Assembly (NCBI GenBank): GCA_041746255.1 | Contig: JBGTHM010000039.1 | Location: 27,701-91,700 of the forward strand | Length of the DNA: 64,000 bases | DNA from: Fibrobacteria bacterium | GTDB taxonomy: Bacteria; Fibrobacterota; Fibrobacteria; UBA11236 | Direction of reading: 5' to 3' | Shown here: piece after piece, positions 19,860 through 30,211 of the stretch | Numbering within the stretch: the stretch's first letter is position 1 | How the letters are laid out: every line of letters begins with the position of its first letter | Notes under the pieces: generated by a model | Database searches by the model: none | What the model saw: only the letters and a program-made list of their open reading frames with translations | Told to the model about the DNA's origin: nothing | Program-made: the position numbers and the translations under genes

Positions 19860-22097
19860 ATGCGCTTGGTGGTCGTTTCGAACCGTTTACCCTTTACGGT
19901 GGTGGAAAAAGAGGGCAAGCTGCGTTTTAAAGCCAGTTCCGGAGGATTGGTCAGCGGTCTGGGCGCATATATCGATAAGATGCGCTCCCTGGGCCACGCA
20001 GCGGAAACCCTGTGGGTGGGCTGGCCCGGTATCACAGTCGATAAACCGGAATTGCGGGCCGGCCTCAAGGCCAAGGCCTTGTCCGATCACTCCGCCTACC
20101 CGGTTTTTCTCTCCGAAGAGGCGATGGATAATTTTTACTTCGGTTTTTGCAACGGCACGCTCTGGCCGCTATGCCATTATTTCCCCACCTTCGCGAAATA
20201 CGAAGAGGAATATTGGGAAGTATACCGCGAAGTCAACCAGGCTTTTTGTGACGCGCTGCTTGAGATAGCCCAACCGGGCGATATTTTCTGGGTACACGAT
20301 TATCAGCTCATGTTGTTGCCGGCGATGTTGCGCGCCCGCATGCCCGAGGCCCTCATCGGATTCTTTTTTCACATCCCCTTCCCATCCTTCGAGATTTTCC
20401 GCTTACTGCCTCGAACATGGCGAGAGCAGCTGTTGGAAGGCCTTAACGGTTCCGACTTGGTGGGATTCCATACCAACGATTATACGCAAAACTTCTTACG
20501 CTCCTGTTTGCGAAACCTCGGTTTGGAGCATAACCTAGGCTACCTCTCGCAGGGCGAACGCACTTGGAAAGCCGATACCTTTCCCATGGGCATCGATTTC
20601 GACAAATACCATGACGCCGTCGGCACCCCCGGAGTGGTCAAGGAGGCGGACAAGTTGCGCCGGAAAATGGAGAACGTCCGTACGGTATTTTCCGTCGACA
20701 GGCTCGATTACAGCAAAGGCATCCTCAATCGGCTGGAGGGTTACGCACAATTTCTGGCCGACAACCCCGATTGGCACCGCCGCGTCATCCTTATCATGGT
20801 GGTGGTGCCTTCCCGCACGGGCGTGGAGCAGTACCAGATCATGAAGCGGCAGGTGGATGAGGCCGTAGGCCGCATCAACGGGGAATATGGCGACGTGCAT
20901 TGGACGCCGGTTCTCTACCAGTACCGTTCCGTTTCCTTCGATCAACTCATCGCCCTCTATAGCTTGAGCGACGTGGCCCTTTTGACGCCGCTTCGCGACG
21001 GCATGAATCTCGTCGCCAAGGAATATGTGGCGGCCCGCGCCGACCAGACGGGGGTGCTCATTCTCAGCGAGATGGCCGGAGCCGCCAAGGAAATGGGAGA
21101 GGCCCTAATCGTAAACCCCAACCATAAAAAGGAAATTGCGGAGGCCATCCGTACCGCCTTGGACATGCCGGTGCAGGAACAGGTACGTAATATCCAGGCC
21201 CTGCAAGATCGGCTTCGTCGCTATAGCGTCTTCCGGTGGGCCGAGGATTTCGTGGAAAGGCTGCGTGAAGTCAGAGCGAGACAAAAGCAGATGGAGTCGC
21301 GCCTCCTCACCCAGGATAAACGCCAGGAAATGCTGGAGGCATTCGCCAAAGCTAAAAACCCCCTGCTGTTCCTGGACTGCGAGGGCACCTTGATGCCTAT
21401 GCCGCTGGATACCAAACAGGTGTCTCCCGATGAGGAATTGGTGGAGTTGCTGGGCTCCCTGGCCTCAGATGGAAAGAGCCGCGTGGTATTGCTCAGCGGA
21501 CGCGACAAGGAATCGGTGGAATCGTGGTTCGGCGAATTGCCGGTGGATTTGGTGGCGGAGCACGGCGTATGGATCCGCGATCAGGCACGGGCGTGGAGTC
21601 TCATTCTCCCCATGCACGCGGAGTGGAAATCCACCCTGATTCCCTTGCTGAATGCCTATGTGGACCGGCTTCCGCGTTCGCGCCTTATTGAAAAGGAATT
21701 TTCCCTGGCCTTTCACTACCGCCAATCCGATCCGGAACAGGCGTTTTTGCGCGCCAGTGAATTATTGGACGATTTGGTGGGTCTCACATCCAATTTCGGA
21801 CTGCAAATCCTGGAAGGTTACAAAGTCATCGAAATTCACAATGCCGGCGTCAATAAACATGCCGCTGCCATGCATTGGCTGGCCGAGGTGAACCCGGATT
21901 TCGTGTTGGGGATTGGGGATGACCGTACCGACGAAGACCTTTTCCGGGCTCTGCCGGAAAACGGCTATTCCATCAAGGTAGGAGCGAGCAAATCCTTCGC
22001 ACGTTTCAACCTCTCCCAAAGGGACGATGTGCGGAAACTCCTGCTTCATATGGTGCAGGCCAATCAGGTGGCGGGAGGCGTGTCTTTGAGAGTTTAG
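19860..22097 (+). CDS. otsA: Trehalose-6-phosphate synthase fused to a trehalose-phosphatase domain (GT20 + HAD-IIB)
   Basis: VVSNRLP, SSGGL, WVHDYQL, HIPFP, DRLDYSKG and DGMNLVAKEY motifs; C-terminal HAD with DCEGT, SGR and GDDRTDED. ATG at 19860 follows AAGGAG. Confidence 0.95.
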   Translation: MRLVVVSNRLPFTVVEKEGKLRFKASSGGLVSGLGAYIDKMRSLGHAAETLWVGWPGITVDKPELRAGLKAKALSDHSAYPVFLSEEAMDNFYFGFCNGTLWPLCHYFPTFAKYEEEYWEVYREVNQAFCDALLEIAQPGDIFWVHDYQLMLLPAMLRARMPEALIGFFFHIPFPSFEIFRLLPRTWREQLLEGLNGSDLVGFHTNDYTQNFLRSCLRNLGLEHNLGYLSQGERTWKADTFPMGIDFDKYHDAVGTPGVVKEADKLRRKMENVRTVFSVDRLDYSKGILNRLEGYAQFLADNPDWHRRVILIMVVVPSRTGVEQYQIMKRQVDEAVGRINGEYGDVHWTPVLYQYRSVSFDQLIALYSLSDVALLTPLRDGMNLVAKEYVAARADQTGVLILSEMAGAAKEMGEALIVNPNHKKEIAEAIRTALDMPVQEQVRNIQALQDRLRRYSVFRWAEDFVERLREVRARQKQMESRLLTQDKRQEMLEAFAKAKNPLLFLDCEGTLMPMPLDTKQVSPDEELVELLGSLASDGKSRVVLLSGRDKESVESWFGELPVDLVAEHGVWIRDQARAWSLILPMHAEWKSTLIPLLNAYVDRLPRSRLIEKEFSLAFHYRQSDPEQAFLRASELLDDLVGLTSNFGLQILEGYKVIEIHNAGVNKHAAAMHWLAEVNPDFVLGIGDDRTDEDLFRALPENGYSIKVGASKSFARFNLSQRDDVRKLLLHMVQANQVAGGVSLRV

Positions 22098-22249
22098 CGG
22101 TACTGGAGTAATGGCAAGGGCCCTGCGATAAAGCGGGTACCTGCTGGTTCAATCGGCCCGATGGGATGTGAACCTGCGCCGTAATAATACACTTTTTATC
22201 CCCTCAAACGGTTGCGGGTCGCAATTCGACACAACAGGAATTTTGCGCG

Positions 22250-22990
22250 GTGGATGTTTTCTGGTACATCTTGGGCAGTGGCGTTCTCATGAGCGTAATC
22301 TCGCTTGCGGGTATCACCACTTTGCTTTTCAGTGAAAAAAACCTGGAGAGAATCCTCACCACTTTGATTGCCTTTTCCGCCGGTTCACTGATGGGTGGAG
22401 CCTTTTTTCACCTTTTACCCACCGCCCTGGAACAAATTCCGGATCCCATGACCTCTCTGACTTGGATGATCGGAGGCTTCACGCTGTTTTTCGCGCTGGA
22501 GCAATTCATGCATTGGCACCATCACAACGGTTGGCTTTCGACGACGAAACAGCCCGTAACTTATTTGATATTGGTAGCCGATGGGCTGCATAACTTACTC
22601 GGGGGATTGGCCGTGGCCAGCGCCTTTCTGATCGATATTCACCTGGGGATGACTACTTTACTGGCGGCGGCGGTACATGAGATACCGGAAGAGCTGGGAG
22701 ATTTCGCGATATTGGTGAAAGGCGGCTGGGAGAAATTGCCGGCGCTGGCGGTTAATTTTCTTTCTTCTCTGACTTTTTTGGGCGCGGGTCTAGCGGTTTA
22801 TTTTGTCTCTTCCGATATCGATTTACGGTATATCATTCCGTTTTCAGCCGGGAATTTCCTCTATATAGCGGCCTCCGACCTGGTGCCGCAAGTGAATAAA
22901 TGGAATTCCTACCGGAAAAACGGGCTGCAATTTACAGCCTTTTTGGCCGGGTTGGCCTTGTTGCTTCTCATAACCGACCACGGCCATTGA
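22250..22990 (+). CDS. ZIP-family divalent metal transporter
   Basis: Multiple TM segments, His-rich loop HWHHH, DGLHN and HEIPEELGDF motifs. Confidence 0.92.
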   Translation: MDVFWYILGSGVLMSVISLAGITTLLFSEKNLERILTTLIAFSAGSLMGGAFFHLLPTALEQIPDPMTSLTWMIGGFTLFFALEQFMHWHHHNGWLSTTKQPVTYLILVADGLHNLLGGLAVASAFLIDIHLGMTTLLAAAVHEIPEELGDFAILVKGGWEKLPALAVNFLSSLTFLGAGLAVYFVSSDIDLRYIIPFSAGNFLYIAASDLVPQVNKWNSYRKNGLQFTAFLAGLALLLLITDHGH

Positions 22991-23005
22991 AGGGCTGTTG
23001 AGGAA

Positions 23006-24025
23006 TCAATTGGGAGAAGGACTCACTCTCTTTTCCAGGCCGACCTCGTTTTTGCATTTTCCGGTTTGCACCAATTCCGTGACGTTACCCAGGGTGGTAT
23101 CGGCGATTTTTTTCAGCGCGGTACGGGTGAAAAAGGCCTGATGCCCGGTAATAAGCACGTTGGGAAAGGTTACCAAGCGGGAAAAGACGTCATCCTGGAT
23201 TACCCGGCTGGATAAATCCTCGAAAAACAAGTCGGCCTCCTCTTCGTAGACGTCAAGCGCCAAATGCCCGATGCGGCCCGATTTCAAGCCCCCAATCACG
23301 GCTTTGGTGTCAATGATGGCGCCGCGGCTGGTATTGATGATCATCACACCGTTCCGCATTTGGCCTATCGAATCGGGATTGATGAGATGGAAAGTATCGG
23401 GAGTCAGCGGGCAATGCAGGGATAGGATGTCGGACTCGCGGAACAGGTATTCCAATTCGACGTACTCTACGATGTGATTGCGTAAAGCCTCGTTAGGGTA
23501 GGGGTCGTAAGCCAGGAGGCGGCAACCGAAGCCCTGCATAATGCGGGCGAAAGCCTCCCCGATTTTTCCGGTACCGATAATACCTATGGTAAGTCCGTGT
23601 ACGTCGAACCCCAACAACCCTTCCAAGGAGAAGTTTCCCTCCCGGACGCGGTTGTAGGCGCGGTGGATCTTCCGGTTCAAACTTAAGAGCAGCCCCAGGG
23701 TATGCTCGGCGACGGCATGGGGTGAATATGCGGGAACCCGTACAACCTTGATACCCAGTTCCTGGGCGGCGGCCAAGTCGACGTGGTTGAAGCCGGCGCT
23801 GCGCAATGTGATGAGCTTCACGCCATGCTTTGCCAATTCGACCAGGGTTTCGCGGTCAGCCTTATCGTTGACGAAAAGGCATACACACTCGAAATCCCTG
23901 GCAAGCGGAGCCGTATCAAGAGCGAGACGGGCCTCCAAAAAAACCATTTCATGTCCGAAGGCTACGTTGGCGGCGGTAAAAAAATCACGGTCGTAGGATT
24001 TGGTGCTGAAAAAAGCGATGCGCAT
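23006..24025 (-). CDS. ldhA: D-lactate dehydrogenase (D-2-hydroxyacid dehydrogenase)
   Basis: [41 protein letters not shown] and TGHQAF motifs. Confidence 0.92.
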   Translation of the reverse strand: MRIAFFSTKSYDRDFFTAANVAFGHEMVFLEARLALDTAPLARDFECVCLFVNDKADRETLVELAKHGVKLITLRSAGFNHVDLAAAQELGIKVVRVPAYSPHAVAEHTLGLLLSLNRKIHRAYNRVREGNFSLEGLLGFDVHGLTIGIIGTGKIGEAFARIMQGFGCRLLAYDPYPNEALRNHIVEYVELEYLFRESDILSLHCPLTPDTFHLINPDSIGQMRNGVMIINTSRGAIIDTKAVIGGLKSGRIGHLALDVYEEEADLFFEDLSSRVIQDDVFSRLVTFPNVLITGHQAFFTRTALKKIADTTLGNVTELVQTGKCKNEVGLEKRVSPSPN

Positions 24026-24027
24026 AC

Positions 24028-25419
24028 TTAGGAAAATACCTCCGGTTTGAGGGTTTGCGGCTGCCGCCGGTTGTCGTTTTGATTGGCCTGCTCCAGTTTT
24101 CGGTAGACCGTTCTCAGGCTGATACCCAAATCTTCGGCGGTTTTCACCTTGTCGCCGTGATTATGCTTGAGTGTATTCATGATGACGTTCAACTCTATTT
24201 CCTCCATGGTCATGCCCTTGCCGATGAAGAGTTGGTTTCCGCCCGAAGCCCCTTGGCTCAACTCGTCCGGAAGGTCATCCACGGTGACTTGATGGCCCAG
24301 GCATAGGATTACCGCGCGTTCAATCGCGTTTTCGAGTTCGCGGATATTCCCTGGCCAGCCATAGGCCTCCATGACTCGGAGGGCATCGGCGCTGATGGAG
24401 AGATTGGGGCGTTTATTTTTTTGGCAATATTTGCCGATGAAAAAGGAGATGAGCGAATGCAAATCTTCCGTGCGCTGCCGCAAGGGCGGAATGACTAGGG
24501 GAATCACGTTAAGACGGTAGAAAAGATCCTCACGGAACAGGCCCAGTTCCACCTGCTTACGCAGGTTTTTGTTGGTCGCCGCGATGATTCGGACGTTGAC
24601 CTTATGGGCGCTACCGCCTACCGGGCTGATTTCACCCTCCTGCAAGACTCGCAACAACTTGGGTTGCACGCTAAGGGGAACTTCACCGATTTCGTCCAGA
24701 AAAATAGTTCCGCCATTGGCTTCGAGAAACTTGCCTTTTTTGTCCTGGTATGCGCCCGTGAAGGCTCCTTTTCTATAACCGAACAATTCGGCTTCGAGCA
24801 GGTTTTCCGGAATGGCGGCGCAATTTACGGTTATGAAAGGTTGATTCAAGCGATGGGAGTTGGAAAAAATATGGTTGGCCACCACTTCCTTTCCGGTTCC
24901 GGATTCACCCATGATGAGAATAGTGGCGTCGCTGGCGGCAGCCTGGCTTGCGCGCGTCAACAAATCCTTGAAGATCCGGCTTTTCCCCCATTCAAATTCA
25001 CCCAATTCCGATTTTTTAAGTTTTTCCTTGAGGAGAAAGTTTTCCTGCAAAAGCGCGACCTTTTCAAAGGCCCGGTTGACGACCGCAAGGATTTCCACCT
25101 TGTTGAAGGGCTTAGCGATGAAATCATAGGCCCCCTTTTTCATGGCCGCTACGGCATCATCGATTGTGCCGTTACCGGTAATCATGATGGTTTGAATACT
25201 GGGATTCACTTCCAGCACCTTTCCCATCAAGGTAAGCCCGTTCATTTTCGGCATCTTCAGATCGGTTATCACGACCTGAGGAATTTCTTCCTTTGCCAGG
25301 TTAAGCCCTTCCAAGGGATCGGTGGCGGTGAGAAGGGTAGCGGGAAAGCCGTGAAAGGCCCGCTTCAGCGAATCGATAATACTTTGCTCGTCGTCGACTA
25401 TGAGGAGTTTCTTTTCCAT
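24028..25419 (-). CDS. Sigma54-dependent response regulator (NtrC/AtoC family bEBP)
   Basis: Receiver domain, [35 protein letters not shown] and a Fis-type HTH. Confidence 0.97.
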   Translation of the reverse strand: MEKKLLIVDDEQSIIDSLKRAFHGFPATLLTATDPLEGLNLAKEEIPQVVITDLKMPKMNGLTLMGKVLEVNPSIQTIMITGNGTIDDAVAAMKKGAYDFIAKPFNKVEILAVVNRAFEKVALLQENFLLKEKLKKSELGEFEWGKSRIFKDLLTRASQAAASDATILIMGESGTGKEVVANHIFSNSHRLNQPFITVNCAAIPENLLEAELFGYRKGAFTGAYQDKKGKFLEANGGTIFLDEIGEVPLSVQPKLLRVLQEGEISPVGGSAHKVNVRIIAATNKNLRKQVELGLFREDLFYRLNVIPLVIPPLRQRTEDLHSLISFFIGKYCQKNKRPNLSISADALRVMEAYGWPGNIRELENAIERAVILCLGHQVTVDDLPDELSQGASGGNQLFIGKGMTMEEIELNVIMNTLKHNHGDKVKTAEDLGISLRTVYRKLEQANQNDNRRQPQTLKPEVFS

Positions 25420-25431
25420 GTATCCTTGTAA

Positions 25432-25447
25432 AGCAACCTTTGGGCCA
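25432..25447 (-). promoter_or_regulatory. Sigma54 -24/-12 promoter of the bEBP-ldhA operon
   Basis: Minus strand reads TGGCCCAAAGGTTGCT (GG-N10-GC). Confidence 0.65.
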
Positions 25448-25510
25448 GCAAACTTGGGGTATAAATCGCTAAAATACGGGTAAAAATCAACCTAAATAAC
25501 TATCGGTAAT

Positions 25511-25552
25511 GTACAAAATGACAAAATGGCAAGCAACTATGACGTAATGACA
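25511..25552. promoter_or_regulatory. Putative bEBP upstream activating sites
   Basis: GTACAAAATGACA (25511), TGACAAAATGGCA (25519) and TGACGTAATGACA (25540). The same motif recurs at 30172, 34059, 35298, 39829 and 39858. Confidence 0.6.
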
Positions 25553-25666
25553 TGTCCGTGGCAAAGGGCGGCCATTTTGCATATAACGGCCTCTAGGGGC
25601 GGGGTTTTCTCAATTTTGGATGAAGCAACAGCTGATTTGGCCAATTTTAGGTAGATTCCTCTATAA

Positions 25667-26803
25667 ATGCAAAGTGATCAGACTGCCATTACCTCCAAAC
25701 CGGTACCAGACCGTCCCCTCGACGAAATCGCGCTTTGCGAAAAAGCTTTCAGCCAGGCGGAGTACGCCATCAATATCACCGATAAAAACGGCATTTTGGT
25801 GAAGGTGAACCAGGCGTATTTGAGGCTCTATAAATTCGCGGACGAATCGGATATCCTTGGCCATACCCAGCGGCTGATACGGTCTCCGCAAACGCCCAAG
25901 GGTGTTTACAAGCATATGTGGGATACCATACTCGCGGGGGAGACTTGGAGGGGAGAGCTCAGTAATCTAGCCCAGGATGGAAGCGAGGTCTTCATCCACC
26001 TCACGATTACCCCCATCCGGGAAGAGGGAAATATCATCGGATATATGGGCTTTTCGCTGGACCGCAGCCAGCAGGTCATGTTGGAAAGGCAGCTTTTCCA
26101 TGCCAACAAACTGGTCGTGCTGGGCACATTGGGGGCGAGTCTCGCTCATGAACTGAATAATCCCCTGGCCAGCATTCTCCTGGACGCGGAATATATTCGC
26201 GAATTATTCGACTCGCCTAACCGGGATTTCGATGTTCAATCCGCGCTTTCGGCGGCGGATTCGGTAATCAAGGGCGCGGAACGAATGAAAAAAGTGGTGG
26301 AGCATTTGCTTAACTATTCCCGCAAAGAAACGGAATCCCTTGGCATTTTCTCCCTACTCGACCTGGTGGAAGACAGTTTTCTTTTCATGGACAAGCAGTT
26401 GAAGAACCGGGGTATACAACTGGAATACCAGATTGAAGAGGGTATTTATGTCCAGGGGAATCGTACGCAATTGGAGTCGGTGATCCATAATCTTCTCAGT
26501 AATTCCAGGGATGCGTTCGATACTTTCGATCCTGCGGAAAAACTCATCAGCATCAAGGCAACCGATTGCGGCGGTAATCTGTTGATGGAATATACCGACA
26601 ATGCCGGCGGGATTTCCGCCGATGTGAGACCCTACATTTTCGATCCCTTCTTTACCACCAAAAAGGAGACGGACGGCACCGGTCTAGGCCTGTCCATCTC
26701 CAAAAAAATCATCACGGAACATGGTGGACAAATCACCTGCCAGTCCGAGTCCGACAAGACCTTGTTTCGCATCGAGCTTCCGATTGCAAAACCCTCAGCC
26801 TAA
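25667..26803 (+). CDS. Soluble PAS histidine kinase (copy 1)
   Basis: NifL-like PAS, LAHELNNPL H-box, DNAGG and FDPFFTTK...GTGLGL motifs. No TM segment. Divergent from the bEBP gene. Confidence 0.95.
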   Translation: MQSDQTAITSKPVPDRPLDEIALCEKAFSQAEYAINITDKNGILVKVNQAYLRLYKFADESDILGHTQRLIRSPQTPKGVYKHMWDTILAGETWRGELSNLAQDGSEVFIHLTITPIREEGNIIGYMGFSLDRSQQVMLERQLFHANKLVVLGTLGASLAHELNNPLASILLDAEYIRELFDSPNRDFDVQSALSAADSVIKGAERMKKVVEHLLNYSRKETESLGIFSLLDLVEDSFLFMDKQLKNRGIQLEYQIEEGIYVQGNRTQLESVIHNLLSNSRDAFDTFDPAEKLISIKATDCGGNLLMEYTDNAGGISADVRPYIFDPFFTTKKETDGTGLGLSISKKIITEHGGQITCQSESDKTLFRIELPIAKPSA

Positions 26804-27654
26804 TTCGGAAACAAGGCATTGATGCGGGAAAGCAACACGCTTGCCCTGCGCTGCTCATAAATGTTTTCGGGTTCGATGGCCGGAACAGTTCCGGGCGAGG
26901 CTTCGACGACATATTCCAATAGGTCTTGGAAAAGTTGCTTGTCCCCGGCACGCACGGCATAATATTCCGCGAACAGGGTGCGCGTACCGAAGTAATGGGG
27001 CGCCATTTCCAGGGATTTTTCAAAATGGGAACGGGAAACCTCCAGGTTTCCCCCGGGAAGGAGGGCATGGAGGCTCCCCATGTACCTATGGGGACCACCA
27101 TAATAATAATTCTCGTCGAGACTCATGACTTGGGCGCAGAAAGCCTCGGCCAACACGGCGTTTTCCAGCCGGATTATGGCGGTTTCATTCGCGACCCGCT
27201 TTCCGAGGTTGGCGGCATACCACCATGCCGCCGCCAGGAAGTTGGAATCGATTTCCCGGATGGCCAATATTTCGCTTCCCGTGGCGGTCATGACGCGAGC
27301 GTAGCCGGCATGGAGCATTAGCGCCCTTTCGGCGGCCCGCATGCCTTTGTGGAAGAGCCAATATTGCTTATCGGGGTTGGTTTCCGCGTAATTGGCCTGC
27401 ATATAATAGGCATGTGATAACCGGGTCCATAATTCCGGATCGTGATTCTGCATGCCCGTGAGTCGGATGAAGGCGCGAACGGCTCCGCGCGCGGATTTGA
27501 GGGAAGCCCGATCATTCCAAAGGCTATCTGCGTAAGCGATTTCCCGCGCGAATTGGGCTTCGGTCGGAGGAAAGAAACGGTATCGCACGGAACCCACCTG
27601 GGAGCAGCTGGAGAAAAACAGGGACGCCACCAGCAGGAAAAAAAATTTATGCAT
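26800..27654 (-). CDS. TPR lipoprotein, TatT-like (TRAP-associated T component family)
   Basis: Lipobox FFSSC; YYYGGPHRYMGSL...GGNLE.SRSHFEKSL and EQRRA motifs. Start overlaps the ppsA stop. Confidence 0.7.
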   Translation of the reverse strand: MHKFFFLLVASLFFSSCSQVGSVRYRFFPPTEAQFAREIAYADSLWNDRASLKSARGAVRAFIRLTGMQNHDPELWTRLSHAYYMQANYAETNPDKQYWLFHKGMRAAERALMLHAGYARVMTATGSEILAIREIDSNFLAAAWWYAANLGKRVANETAIIRLENAVLAEAFCAQVMSLDENYYYGGPHRYMGSLHALLPGGNLEVSRSHFEKSLEMAPHYFGTRTLFAEYYAVRAGDKQLFQDLLEYVVEASPGTVPAIEPENIYEQRRASVLLSRINALFPN

Positions 27655-30076
27655 TCCCGGGAGTCTTTCGCTTGGTAAGTCCGTCCTCGGCTGCGAGGAT
27701 ATTTTCGATTCCCCGCAATAAGGCATCCGGAGTGAAGGAGACGCTGGTAATGCGTTGTTCCACCAGGAATCGGGCGAAGTCGGGGAAATCACTGGGAGCC
27801 TGTCCGCATAAACCGATAGGCGTTTTGGTTTTGCGCGCGGAACGGATGGCTTCGGATATAAGCCGCTGTACCGCTGGGTTGTTCTCGTTGAAGAGATTGC
27901 TGACCAGAGCCGAGTCCCGATCGAGGCCGAGGGTCAACTGCGTCAAATCGTTCGAACCGATGGAAAAGCCGTCGAATAAATCCGCGAACTCCCGCGCCAG
28001 GATGACGTTACTGGGGATTTCCACCATGACGTAGACTTCCAGGCCGTTCCCGCCCCGTTTGAGGCCGTGTTGCGCCATGACTTCCAGCACCTTGGCCCCT
28101 TCATCCAGGGTGCGACAAAAGGGTATCATCACCTTCACGTTTTCCAAGCCCATGCCTTCGCGCACGCGTAAAATGGCTTCGCATTCCAGCTTGAATCCGT
28201 CGCGGTAACGCTCATGGTAATAGCGCGAGGCTCCCCGGAAGCCTATCATGGGGTTCTCTTCTTCCGGTTCGAATTGACGGCCTCCTAACAGGTTGGCGTA
28301 TTCATTCGATTTGAAATCGCTCATGCGCACGATGACGTCTTTGGGATGAAAGGCCGCGGCGATGGTACCCACGGCCTGAGCCAGCCTTTCCACGAAATAA
28401 TCTTCTTTGCGGGCATACAGGCTTGTAAGTCGTTCGATTTCAACCCTTACCTTTTCGTCTTTTACGGTATCGAAGCGCGCCAAGGCCACCGGATGGATCC
28501 CGATGGCGTTGGCGATGACGAATTCCAGCCGCATCAAACCCACGCCCCGGTTGGGGAGAAAGGACAATTGAAAGGCCTTGTCGGGATCGCCCAGAATGAG
28601 CATGGGTTTGGTTTTGGGCATACGGAAATTCCGCATGTCGATTTCTTCTTCGTCCCAATCCAACTTTCCGTCATAGACGAAACCCGTTTCGCCTTCCGCA
28701 CAGGAAACCGTAACCACTTGGCCGTCGGGAATGTTGTAGATGCCGCTTCCTGCGCCGACAATGGCCACCGCTCCCATTTCCCGGGCGACGATGGCTGCAT
28801 GGCTGGTGCGCCCACCCTTGGCCGTAATGATGGCCGAGGCTTTTTTCAAAATGGGATCCCAATCGGGATTGGTGGATTCGGTAATCAGCACCTCCCCCTT
28901 TTTCAGCTTGTCGGAATCCTCCGGACCGGAAAGCCGTCTCGCCGTCCCCGAAGCGATTTTGCTGCCTACGCTGATTCCCGTGGCCAACACCGTTCCTCGG
29001 TTGCGGATGGCGTAAGTGCGCAAGCTCAGACCTTGTGATTGGGAGGCATGCACCGTTTCCGGACGGGCCTGCACGATAAACATTTCCCCTGTGAGTCCGT
29101 CCTTGGCCCATTCGATATCCATGGGACGTTTATAATGCTTTTCAATGCGCAAACACCATCGGCCCAGTTCTTCGATTTCGGAATCGTCGAGAATATAGCG
29201 TTGTTGCCTTTCGAGGGGAGTATCCACATTGATGGTGGGGGGGCGTGAGGAAAGTCCGGTTTCCCCGGCATCGGGTTCGCAGTAGATCAGGGTTTTCTCT
29301 TTTTCGCCCAGCTTCTTATTGAGAATGGCTGTTTTTCCGGCGACCAAAGCCGGCTTGAACAAAGTGAACTGGTCGAGATTGACGGTGCCCTGTACCACGT
29401 TTTCCCCGAGGCCCCAACTTCCTGTCAATAAGATGACGTTACGGAACCCCGTTTCCGGCTCCAGGGTGAAGCCAACTCCCGCGCAGGCTTTATCGGAACG
29501 CACCATACGCTGCACGCCCACCGAAACGGCTACTTTCATATGGGGAAAGCCGTTGTCGGTGCGGTATTTAATCACCCTGTCGGTAAAAAGAGAGGCGTAG
29601 CATTTACGGCAGGCCTCGAGCAGCGCCGCTTCGCCGCGAATATTCAGATAGCTTTCCAATTGGCCGGCGAAACTGGCCGAGGGCAGGTCTTCGGCGGTCG
29701 CGCTGCTGCGAACGGCTACTTGCAAATCCCCCGGGGTCCTTTGTGCAAGTTCGCGATAGGCTTTTTCTATGGCCAAGCGGATGGAATCGGGAAACTCTCC
29801 ACCCATAATCAATTGTCGCGCTTTTTCGCCTACCTCGCGAAGGTTGCTAAACTCGACTATGTCCAGGTCATCTAAGAGAGAAGTGAGGCGAGCACGCAAG
29901 TCGTTGGCGTCGAGATATTCCCAATAAGCCTGCGCATGGGTGGCGAATCCATCGGGTACGCGAATGCCCTCAGGCGCCAAGGCTCGGAACATCTCTCCCA
30001 GCGAAGCGTTTTTTCCTCCCACCTGGGGGAGGTTCCGCAGGGTGATTTCGGAGAAGTTCAGAATGGATTTTGCCAT
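27647..30076 (-). CDS. ppsA: Phosphoenolpyruvate synthase
   Basis: VGGKNASLGEM, AVRSSATAEDL, GGRTSHAAIVARE phospho-His motif and DGFSIGSNDLTQ. Confidence 0.97.
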   Translation of the reverse strand: MAKSILNFSEITLRNLPQVGGKNASLGEMFRALAPEGIRVPDGFATHAQAYWEYLDANDLRARLTSLLDDLDIVEFSNLREVGEKARQLIMGGEFPDSIRLAIEKAYRELAQRTPGDLQVAVRSSATAEDLPSASFAGQLESYLNIRGEAALLEACRKCYASLFTDRVIKYRTDNGFPHMKVAVSVGVQRMVRSDKACAGVGFTLEPETGFRNVILLTGSWGLGENVVQGTVNLDQFTLFKPALVAGKTAILNKKLGEKEKTLIYCEPDAGETGLSSRPPTINVDTPLERQQRYILDDSEIEELGRWCLRIEKHYKRPMDIEWAKDGLTGEMFIVQARPETVHASQSQGLSLRTYAIRNRGTVLATGISVGSKIASGTARRLSGPEDSDKLKKGEVLITESTNPDWDPILKKASAIITAKGGRTSHAAIVAREMGAVAIVGAGSGIYNIPDGQVVTVSCAEGETGFVYDGKLDWDEEEIDMRNFRMPKTKPMLILGDPDKAFQLSFLPNRGVGLMRLEFVIANAIGIHPVALARFDTVKDEKVRVEIERLTSLYARKEDYFVERLAQAVGTIAAAFHPKDVIVRMSDFKSNEYANLLGGRQFEPEEENPMIGFRGASRYYHERYRDGFKLECEAILRVREGMGLENVKVMIPFCRTLDEGAKVLEVMAQHGLKRGGNGLEVYVMVEIPSNVILAREFADLFDGFSIGSNDLTQLTLGLDRDSALVSNLFNENNPAVQRLISEAIRSARKTKTPIGLCGQAPSDFPDFARFLVEQRITSVSFTPDALLRGIENILAAEDGLTKRKTPGNA

Positions 30077-30211
30077 GGCTTCGGCGCCTTTCGATTCACA
30101 GATAGGAATTCCGCAACTGGAATAAAAGCAAATTCCGGGTCGGGATGGCCGCTTGCCGTTTTTCCAAATTTAGTCATATTGTCAAAATTGGGTTCTTCCA
30201 GAGACATCGCT

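Noticed and set aside
24604..25431. 275-aa plus-strand ORF, and similar long ORFs antisense to ppsA and the P-type ATPase
   Set aside because: These are antisense shadows of well-supported genes with no recognisable motifs.
25566..25581. GG-N10-GC on the plus strand (GGGCGGCCATTTTGCA) as a sigma54 promoter for the PAS kinase
   Set aside because: Poor -24 context, only about 15 nt from the putative enhancer sites, and it resembles another partial copy of that motif.
30127..30142. Sigma54-like site upstream of ppsA as a firm feature
   Set aside because: The -24 dinucleotide reads GA rather than the near-invariant GG, so it is mentioned only as a degenerate candidate.
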